61,996 bases of DNA from a virus (taxonomy: Duplodnaviria > Caudoviricetes), in IMG/VR virus record IMGVR_UViG_3300044302_003481, positions 1 to 61,996 of that record. One strand, 5' to 3'. The notes under the pieces are model-generated. The model worked only from the letters and a program-made list of their open reading frames with translations. It had not been told where the DNA came from and did no database searches. Each line of letters starts with the position of its first letter. The first letter of the stretch is position 1. The position numbers were made by a program, and so were the translations under genes. This document shows, piece by piece, positions 8,510 to 15,540 of the stretch.

Positions 8510-8882
8510 AGATCTTGAAAGCAAAACCTTCAAATGTCATATTATTAATAAAGAGACGATTTCCCAGATGTATTCATTACTCTGTGTACCATTCTCAGAC
8601 CAACGTCTAATCGTTTCCATTGCACATCCACAAGACTACATCTCACCTAGATCTTGGTCAGTTTCTATAACTGAAGATGGTGTTTTTGATTTTCCAGAAA
8701 CACTTCTTCAAAAACTTAACTGGTCTACAGGTGATGAAATCGAATGGATTGATAAGGACAACGGCACATTCACTCTTACTAAAATCAATGGAACCGCATC
8801 GCAAAAGAATGTATCACGATTTAATCGAAGATTCAGCCAGAAGGAAAGACGAAAGATCCAAATGGGATCTGATTCCACCTAA
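8469..8882 (+). CDS. AbrB/MazE-like domain protein
   Basis: SITEDGVFDFPETLLQKLNWSTGDEIEWIDKDNGTFTLTKI swapped-hairpin pattern. Confidence 0.6.
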   Translation: MFTVYEKELRKEYKDLESKTFKCHIINKETISQMYSLLCVPFSDQRLIVSIAHPQDYISPRSWSVSITEDGVFDFPETLLQKLNWSTGDEIEWIDKDNGTFTLTKINGTASQKNVSRFNRRFSQKERRKIQMGSDST

Positions 8883-8961
8883 AAAACCAAGCCAGAAAGA
8901 CATTGAAGCGGCAAAGTTTAAAGGTAATCTTGACGAACAATACAAGCTCTTTGATCGCTAA
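8788..8961 (+). CDS. small hypothetical protein
   Basis: Probable start at MEPHRKRMY within track ORF 8677..8961. Confidence 0.4.
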   Translation: MEPHRKRMYHDLIEDSARRKDERSKWDLIPPKKPSQKDIEAAKFKGNLDEQYKLFDR

Positions 8962-9003
8962 AGATTAGGGCAGATAAGGTAGTCTTGTTGTTGCAAACCA
9001 GCA

Positions 9004-9243
9004 GTGAGACAATCAAAAAAACTTCGGTATCGAGGAGGACCATCGGAAATCCTCGATTCAATAATATTTTCCGATTATGAAATAAAAAGTTTAAAACATG
9101 GAAATACAGGACATGTCCTTTTTAAATTTCCAAGCAAACTCTACAACTGGGAGGGATGTTGGACCATGGATCTTCAAACAGCAAAAAGTGGAGTTCTTAA
9201 ATATCAAGAGCATTTAGCGAATCCGAATAAAAAAGAAGAGTAA
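9004..9243 (+). CDS. hypothetical protein
   Basis: 79-aa ORF in the + strand gene run. Confidence 0.6.
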   Translation: MRQSKKLRYRGGPSEILDSIIFSDYEIKSLKHGNTGHVLFKFPSKLYNWEGCWTMDLQTAKSGVLKYQEHLANPNKKEE

Positions 9244-9277
9244 GACAACCGTAGAATCAAAAATACACAGGAAAAAA

Positions 9278-9520
9278 ATGAAGACAAACCTCATGGATGA
9301 ACTAGCAAAAGACATCCATACCTACCTACTGGAAGTCTCAACTGATTTCGAGGGTAACCACTTAGTTCTTATACCTATTACAGAAGTGGTTAAAAAATTT
9401 GGGCGCAATCATAGAACTATTCAACGTCGTATTCATGCCCTCAAAGACGAGGGTCTACTTACCCCTGTAATTAGAAGAAGTACCATTTCTCTATACCACA
9501 TTCAAAATTTGGAGGACTGA
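9278..9520 (+). CDS. winged-helix HTH DNA-binding protein
   Basis: IPITEVVKKFGRNHRTIQRRIHALKDEGLL. Confidence 0.75.
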   Translation: MKTNLMDELAKDIHTYLLEVSTDFEGNHLVLIPITEVVKKFGRNHRTIQRRIHALKDEGLLTPVIRRSTISLYHIQNLED

Positions 9521-9522
9521 TT

Positions 9523-9828
9523 ATGCCAGAACATGCCACCCCTGATCCAAATCTGGAACACCTAGATTTTCTTCTCTCATCATTTACCGATAATGGAAAA
9601 TCTTTACGCGCTTTCACCATTAATCCTCAGGAACTAGCAATTACTATCTTGACTTCCGGTTTATTAGCTAATTCTAAACTAATGATAAGTCCTGAAGATG
9701 CTATCAAATCAGCTTTTGATATTCATGCGAGAATCCAAGCACATGTAGGACAATTTCAAAACATGCAATTCGCATCCAAAATTGAAAATTGCTTTACTGA
9801 AAGACCACCAGAAGTTGAACACGACTAA
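9523..9828 (+). CDS. hypothetical protein
   Basis: 101-aa ORF with GGAGG RBS. Confidence 0.65.
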   Translation: MPEHATPDPNLEHLDFLLSSFTDNGKSLRAFTINPQELAITILTSGLLANSKLMISPEDAIKSAFDIHARIQAHVGQFQNMQFASKIENCFTERPPEVEHD

Positions 9829-10010
9829 TGAAAACTAAACCAGAACTAATCCTGACAACACCTCAAGGAGGCACTGTTCATACCTATCCTTTAACAGGAG
9901 GTAAAACAACATTTGAAAGATATTTAAGTTGTTACATAGGAAGTTGTAAGTTCTTTAACAACATAGAAGAGGCTAAAAAACATCTAATAGATATTGAACC
10001 TAAAGAATGA
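9828..10010 (+). CDS. small hypothetical protein
   Basis: 60-aa ORF, TAATG coupling. Confidence 0.6.
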   Translation: MKTKPELILTTPQGGTVHTYPLTGGKTTFERYLSCYIGSCKFFNNIEEAKKHLIDIEPKE

Positions 10011-10058
10011 GCAAGATTTAGGAGGGTTATTCTCCTTAAGATCTATACATCTTGCGAC

Positions 10059-10898
10059 GTGTCGAATAATGATTTGGATTATCGCTCCCAAGGAGACACA
10101 AGAGTAACAATTGGTGGATCGAGACATTACAAAACGCCATACGGCGCACTCCCTTCAGTTACTACAATTTTATCGGCTACTTCAGGAAATAAAGCTGCTT
10201 TAGAAAGATGGGCTAAGAAAAATCCAGGAGGTAGAGAAGCTGCCGCAGCTAGAGGAACTAAGGTCCATTCCTTAATGGAAGAATATTTATTAGGTGTTAA
10301 CAAAGAACCACAAATTGAAGACCCAGAAATAGCAGAATTTTGGGACGGATTATCAGATAATTTAGATAAATTAGAAAATGTTGTTTGGGCAGAAAATCCA
10401 GCTAATCCTGATGATTATGGTTGGACAATGGGTGGAGATGGTATTTCTCGTGTATGGCATCCTGGTGTTGATGAAAATAAATCTCATGGATGGGCAGGAG
10501 CACCTGACATAGTTGCAGAATACAGAGGACAATTAGTACTTGGAGATTTAAAAACAAGTAATGGTCCTTATTACTCCAGATGGCCTGGAGCTGGAACTCC
10601 AAAAAATGAATATGGTAAAAGGAGAGCAGGCTTTATGAAATATTCCAAATGTCAATTACAAATGGCAGCCTATGCACTAGCTCTAGAACACACCATTGGA
10701 CTTAAACCAGAATTGATTATGACTTTTGTTGCAACAAGAGAAGATAGCCAAGTATTTGTAATTCAAAGCACAACAATTGAGAAGTATAAACAAAAATGGT
10801 TAGACACAGTAAGCAAATATTACAACGAGATTTTACCTGCTCAAGAAAAGGCAGAAGTTGAGATGGAAGGTATAGACGGGGATAAAGAGGAAACTTGA
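10059..10898 (+). CDS. PD-(D/E)XK exonuclease (lambda-exo/MGME1-like)
   Basis: PSVTTILS, AARGTKVHSLMEEYL, AGAPDIV, GDLKTS, QMAAYALA. Confidence 0.88.
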   Translation: MSNNDLDYRSQGDTRVTIGGSRHYKTPYGALPSVTTILSATSGNKAALERWAKKNPGGREAAAARGTKVHSLMEEYLLGVNKEPQIEDPEIAEFWDGLSDNLDKLENVVWAENPANPDDYGWTMGGDGISRVWHPGVDENKSHGWAGAPDIVAEYRGQLVLGDLKTSNGPYYSRWPGAGTPKNEYGKRRAGFMKYSKCQLQMAAYALALEHTIGLKPELIMTFVATREDSQVFVIQSTTIEKYKQKWLDTVSKYYNEILPAQEKAEVEMEGIDGDKEET

Positions 10899-11008
10899 AG
10901 GATAAATAAATTTCCTATACATTGGTTATACAGCACACCTAGCGTTTTAACGAAAAGTAGCTACGCTACTGCTGGTGTTATTACCGAAATATACGAAAAG
11001 AGAAAAAC

Positions 11009-13597
11009 GTGCCTACTGCCTCACAAGAACCAAAACGTCCTGATAATCATCTAAAAGCAGGTGAAATCAATCTTGACTTAATACCTGCCCACTGGCCTTT
11101 AACTCCATTAAGGGATAAAAGAGCATATATTGCTGGCTGGACTTCTCAACCTTACTCTGTTGAGCGTATCCGACAAGAATTAGAAGACGGAGCTGCAACT
11201 GGTGTAGGACTTATAAGTGGGCAATGGTCTAATGAAGGTGGGCTTATTTGGGTAGATATTGATGGTCCTGACGCAATACCAGAACTTGAAGCATTAGCCG
11301 GTGGAGCTATAAATACAATCTTTCCTCCAACATTAACCATTTCCTCTGGTAAAGAAGGAAGACAAAGAATGCTTTTTAGCATCCCTTCTTCAAAACTTTC
11401 TTTATTACCAGATAAAGCAACTATTAAGATTGGGATTCCTTCATTTGAAATCCTCTTTCGCTCCCGTCAAGGAGCACTTATGGGCAGTCATCCTGATACT
11501 GAAGGTTATTACACTACTCCCCATGGTGGCTTCGAATATGCGAAAAATCCTCCTGAGTTACCTGAATGGTTATTTGAGGCAATAGCTAAAAAATTTCCCA
11601 CTAATAAATATCGTAAATCTCCATCCGTTGGTGTTGTTACTCAACAAGTAAACCTTAGTTACGAAGACGGTTCTGAATATCAAAAAGAAGACTTAGTAAA
11701 TGAAGCTAAGATTTATCTTGATCATCTTAATCCAGAACGTGCAATTGATTATGAGGAGTGGATAATTGTTGGAGTAGCCCTTCATCAAATTGATGAAACC
11801 TTACTACAAGACTGGGTTGATTGGTCTTCTGAAGCACCTAATTTTGAGGTAGGTGTTTGTGAACAAAAATGGGAAACATTTGAAAAAATGCCTGGGGGTC
11901 CGGCTCCAGAAGGAGGTGCAGGTCTTCATACTCTTAGAGCAAAAGCTAAAGAAGATGGCTTTGTAGAATTTGGTGGCTTTGTAGTTGAATCTTCTCCTGA
12001 AGTCTTAGCTAAACGCGCAAAAGCTTTATTTAAGGAAGGAACTGGAGCAAAAAAAGAAAATATAGCCGATTTAAATACAGCATTAAAAGAAATAATCGGT
12101 CCTCCCTCCCAAAAAGAAAAAGAAGAAATAGAACAAGCAGTCAAAGGTAGAGCAAGACCTAAAACTCCACCAGCTTCAGAACTAGCTGACTTTGTTACTG
12201 GGATGGTAATTGAATGTGGATGGAGATATGACCCTAAATTTGATACCTTTATGTTCTATCAAAGAAGTAAAGGAACTTGGAGACGTGAGGAGTATCGCCA
12301 CGAATACAAACACTTCGTACAAGACCTCTTTTTAAGGGAAAATATTCCTACTCCAGGGGGTTTTACTTCTCACTTACTTAGTGATGTCGTTAACTTAACT
12401 CAGGCTTACATTACCCATACCTACTGGGATGACGATGATGATCGATTAGCCTTTAAAAATGGTGTTCTTGAAATAAGTACTGGAGACTTTCTTGATCATA
12501 ATCCTGAATACTATCTAACATGGGGTCTTGATTTTGATTATGAACCTAAAGCAAGTCCTGGTCCTATCATCGACTGGTTGAAGCGTACACAGTATGGAGA
12601 TGAAGAAAGAGTACAAGTCCTACGAGCTTGGCTTAAAGCTTGCCTGATCGGTCAGGGGCATGAGCTACAACGATTTTTAGAAGTCATTGGGCCTGGAGGT
12701 AGAGGTAAATCAACTTTTGCAAATCTATGTTGTGCATTAGTCGGACATGGTAACTACGCCAGTACAACCCTAAACCAACTAGAACAAAGTCGATTCGAAG
12801 TTGCTTCAATCAAAAACAAGAGATTGACTCTAATCAATGACTCAGAACGTTATGGTGGATCAGCTCAAATCTTCAAAGCACTAACTGGAGGAGATAACCT
12901 CAGATTTGAAGAAAAAAATAAAAATGTTGGAGAACCTTTCGTCTATACAGGCATGGTTATGGTTTGTGCAAACGAACCAATCCAAACAACAGATAACACT
13001 TCTGGATTGTCAAGACGACGCTTAACTGTCGAGTTTAATCGCTCATTATGGGATAAAAATTCTCAAGCGAAAGAGATGATTAAAGTCGAAGGTGGAGTGG
13101 TAAAGGGCTTATGGAAGAACTTCTTACCTGGATTAGTTAACTGGGTATTAGATATGAAAACTGAAGAGATGCGTGAATATCTACTAGATACCTATGAAAA
13201 AGTTCATTCACTAAAAAGAGTACGTAATGAGATTCTCCTTAATAGTAATAATCTAGTTGAATGGCTCCAGTCTGAAATAATCCATCAAGCAGACGTCGTA
13301 TCTTCTGTAGGTAAGAAAATTCCAGCTGCCAAAGATGCTAAAGAAAGATACTGCAATAGTAATTTTCACCTATATGCCAGCTACTGCTCATACTGTGAGG
13401 ATACAGGCTCAAAACCAGTAGGTCAGAAACGCTTTATTGCACTCCTTCTTGATTGCTGTAAGAACCAATTAGATTTAAAAAATGTAAGTCACTTTACTAA
13501 GCAAGGACGCCCATTTATCAAAGGTTTAGCCGTTAGAAAGTCTGATCAAAAGCACGAATCTTCTCCAACCATACTGCCAGAAAATAAATTGGCATAG
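11009..13597 (+). CDS. Prim-Pol (AEP) primase + PriCT-2 + D5/P4-type SF3 helicase fusion
   Basis: GLIWVDIDG; DYEEWIIVGVALH...W..WS (PriCT-2); LAFKNGVL; Walker A GPGGRGKST; FKALTGGD; RRRLTVEF. Confidence 0.92.
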   Translation: MPTASQEPKRPDNHLKAGEINLDLIPAHWPLTPLRDKRAYIAGWTSQPYSVERIRQELEDGAATGVGLISGQWSNEGGLIWVDIDGPDAIPELEALAGGAINTIFPPTLTISSGKEGRQRMLFSIPSSKLSLLPDKATIKIGIPSFEILFRSRQGALMGSHPDTEGYYTTPHGGFEYAKNPPELPEWLFEAIAKKFPTNKYRKSPSVGVVTQQVNLSYEDGSEYQKEDLVNEAKIYLDHLNPERAIDYEEWIIVGVALHQIDETLLQDWVDWSSEAPNFEVGVCEQKWETFEKMPGGPAPEGGAGLHTLRAKAKEDGFVEFGGFVVESSPEVLAKRAKALFKEGTGAKKENIADLNTALKEIIGPPSQKEKEEIEQAVKGRARPKTPPASELADFVTGMVIECGWRYDPKFDTFMFYQRSKGTWRREEYRHEYKHFVQDLFLRENIPTPGGFTSHLLSDVVNLTQAYITHTYWDDDDDRLAFKNGVLEISTGDFLDHNPEYYLTWGLDFDYEPKASPGPIIDWLKRTQYGDEERVQVLRAWLKACLIGQGHELQRFLEVIGPGGRGKSTFANLCCALVGHGNYASTTLNQLEQSRFEVASIKNKRLTLINDSERYGGSAQIFKALTGGDNLRFEEKNKNVGEPFVYTGMVMVCANEPIQTTDNTSGLSRRRLTVEFNRSLWDKNSQAKEMIKVEGGVVKGLWKNFLPGLVNWVLDMKTEEMREYLLDTYEKVHSLKRVRNEILLNSNNLVEWLQSEIIHQADVVSSVGKKIPAAKDAKERYCNSNFHLYASYCSYCEDTGSKPVGQKRFIALLLDCCKNQLDLKNVSHFTKQGRPFIKGLAVRKSDQKHESSPTILPENKLA

Positions 13598-13665
13598 TGA
13601 AAACCCTTACTACATCTGGGTTTTTAGATGTTAGTTTAGGAAGGTCTTAGATATTTTCGACAACA

Positions 13666-14040
13666 ATGATTAAGCCTATTATTTTTGCAGCTGCTGCTGC
13701 TTCTTTAGCCGCTCCTGCTGCATTTGCAGGCGGCCTCTATGCAAACGTCGAGTCAAATGCGTCATACACAGGTTCAGACTATACCTCTAGAACAACAGAT
13801 TTCCATATCGGCTACGAAGGTGGTACAGATTCTTTTGGATACTATGTACAAGGCGGTCCTGCAGTAGTTGCTGCTGATGGTGTTGACTCTGATACAAGAA
13901 TTTCAGGAAAAGTTGGAGCTAACTTAGCTGCTACTGAAAAGCTTGGTTTCTATGGTGAGCTATCAGTTTTAACTGCAGATGCAGACACCAATGATGATAA
14001 GTCTTGGGGTACTAAAATTGGAGCTAAGTATAAGTTCTAA
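13666..14040 (+). CDS. small outer-membrane beta-barrel protein
   Basis: Sec signal MIKPIIFAAAAASLAAPAAFA, amphipathic strands, C-terminal GAKYKF. Confidence 0.8.
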   Translation: MIKPIIFAAAAASLAAPAAFAGGLYANVESNASYTGSDYTSRTTDFHIGYEGGTDSFGYYVQGGPAVVAADGVDSDTRISGKVGANLAATEKLGFYGELSVLTADADTNDDKSWGTKIGAKYKF

Positions 14041-14062
14041 TCTAACTTTTAAGAGTAAAATA

Positions 14063-14095
14063 AAGCCTGCTAGTACTCCACTAGTGGGCTTTTTT
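14063..14095 (+). terminator. intrinsic terminator
   Basis: AAGCCTGCTAGT-ACTCC-ACTAGTGGGCTT followed by a T run. Confidence 0.75.
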
Positions 14096-14383
14096 ATGAC
14101 TTATCAAGCACTACCTAATCAACTACATGTAAAGAATAGTCCTATAGCAGGACAAGGGATTTTTGCTAAAGAGACTGTACCAGCTGGACATGAATTAGGA
14201 ATGTCTCACATCATCCACAATGATGAAATTTATAGGACACCTTTAGGAGGTTTTATTAACCACTCTGATGAGCCTAATTGTCAAAAATATCCAAAAGATC
14301 AGTTTTATTTCATTAAAACTATTAAAGAAATAAGAGAAGGAGAAGAATTATTCTTGAATTATACTTTTTACAAGATTAATTAG
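14096..14383 (+). CDS. SET-domain protein (putative lysine methyltransferase)
   Basis: SPIAGQGIFAKE, GGFINHSDEPNC, IREGEELFLNY; start placed at MTYQ. Confidence 0.85.
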   Translation: MTYQALPNQLHVKNSPIAGQGIFAKETVPAGHELGMSHIIHNDEIYRTPLGGFINHSDEPNCQKYPKDQFYFIKTIKEIREGEELFLNYTFYKIN

Positions 14384-14419
14384 TAATAACCGTAATCAAT
14401 TAGTAGGTATTTATACCTA

Positions 14420-14444
14420 TTTGTAACAAAACTTAATGTAATAT
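14420..14444 (+). promoter_or_regulatory. HLR1-like (RpaB) site and -10 box of the hli cluster
   Basis: Reverse strand ATTAAGTT-TT-GTTACAAA resembles the HLR1 direct repeat; TAATAT follows at 14439..14444. Confidence 0.5.
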
Positions 14445-14475
14445 AAAGGGGTGAATATTTTACACAAATTTAATC

Positions 14476-14583
14476 ATGACTCCTGAAGCAGAAAAGTTCA
14501 ATGGCTGGGCAGCAATGCTCGGTGTCGTAGCAGCACTAGGTGCATATGCTACAACTGGTCAAATTATTCCTGGAATCTTTTAA
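14476..14583 (+). CDS. hli: high-light inducible protein (35 aa), not in the ORF track
   Basis: MTPEAEKFNGWAAMLGVVAALGAYATTGQIIPGIF, multicopy-type Hli with TGQIIPGIF tail. Confidence 0.95.
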   Translation: MTPEAEKFNGWAAMLGVVAALGAYATTGQIIPGIF

Positions 14584-14584
14584 A

Positions 14585-14779
14585 ATGGATTCTCATATAA
14601 CAACTGAATATGGTAAGCAAAATATCTTCGCAAAAGAAGTTCAACCTAGAATCAGCGAAGAATATAAAGGATACATTGAGGAAGCTGAACTAGCTAACTC
14701 TCGTTGGGCCATGATTGGATTTGTTGCTTTACTAGGAGCATATCTAACAACTGGTCAAGTTATCCCTGGTATTTTCTAA
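14585..14779 (+). CDS. hli: high-light inducible protein (64 aa)
   Basis: TTEYGKQNIFAKE...EAELANSRWAMIGFVALLGAYLTTGQVIPGIF. Confidence 0.93.
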   Translation: MDSHITTEYGKQNIFAKEVQPRISEEYKGYIEEAELANSRWAMIGFVALLGAYLTTGQVIPGIF

Positions 14780-14780
14780 G

Positions 14781-14888
14781 ATGGAAAACTCTAACGCAGC
14801 TATTTGGTCAAGAGCAAATGGCAGGTTTGCAATGATGGCATTTTGGGTACTCATCGCTGCTTACACTAAATTCACATACTTCACATAA
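14781..14888 (+). CDS. divergent Hli-like protein (35 aa), not in the ORF track
   Basis: MENSNAAIWSRANGRFAMMAFWVLIAAYTKFTYFT; NGRxAM kept, ligand Glu absent. Confidence 0.7.
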   Translation: MENSNAAIWSRANGRFAMMAFWVLIAAYTKFTYFT

Positions 14889-14912
14889 TCACCTATTCGT
14901 GATTAAACCTAA

Positions 14913-15074
14913 ATGTCAGACGTTCAGTTAGCATTATTTTTTCCTTATCTTCCTGTTGTCGTCTTACTTATCATCTACTTTGCCTCTGGTGCAGATATAG
15001 ATGATGATGACGACGATTCTCAGGGAGGTAAAGGAATATTTCAACCTATCTATGCACCAGCTCCTACTTCATAA
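14913..15074 (+). CDS. small membrane protein with poly-Asp-GG tail (hli-cluster associated)
   Basis: TM segment then DIDDDDDDSQGGKGIFQPIYAPA; 53 aa, hand-translated. Confidence 0.7.
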   Translation: MSDVQLALFFPYLPVVVLLIIYFASGADIDDDDDDSQGGKGIFQPIYAPAPTS

Positions 15075-15126
15075 TCGCTATATTAAGTGACTATAAGGTA
15101 AGTAAATAATTCTTGGTATGTGGTAA

Positions 15127-15255
15127 ATGGAAAGTGCAGTCCATGCATGGCAAAACCTAAGTTGGTTTGACGGATTCATGTTCTCAGTTTGGCTTGGTAT
15201 TTTGTACTACGGCAAACTGAGAATTGATCTGCACTTCTATAGAAAGCGTAAATAA
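15127..15255 (+). CDS. small membrane protein (42 aa)
   Basis: MESAVHAWQNLSWFDGFMFSVWLGILYYGKLRID...; hand-translated. Confidence 0.55.
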   Translation: MESAVHAWQNLSWFDGFMFSVWLGILYYGKLRIDLHFYRKRK

Positions 15256-15256
15256 T

Positions 15257-15508
15257 TTAAGAGTAAACTGCTTTACCTTTAGTTATTGCAGCATCAATTG
15301 CTGTAAAACTTTCAGTTGTCCATATAGAGGTTGTTCCATCCTCTTTTTTGTATGCCTTGATAATTTCAAGATGCTCTACATTACGCTTCATTGCATCCTT
15401 GTACTCAGCGTCTGTTTCTTCTGATGTCTTAGCTGTATTGATTACAGTGACGCTATCACCAGCTGCAGAAAAAATCTCTGCTACTTCATCGGCTGTTCTT
15501 TCTGCCAT
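15257..15508 (-). CDS. fibre-associated hypothetical protein
   Basis: 83-aa ORF directly downstream of a tail fibre gene. Confidence 0.65.
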   Translation of the reverse strand: MAERTADEVAEIFSAAGDSVTVINTAKTSEETDAEYKDAMKRNVEHLEIIKAYKKEDGTTSIWTTESFTAIDAAITKGKAVYS

Positions 15509-15540
15509 GATAATAAAAATTAATTAGCTATATTCTAATT

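Noticed and set aside
10059-10898. Cas4 assignment
   Set aside because: No four-Cys Fe-S motif; a generic PD-(D/E)XK exonuclease fits better
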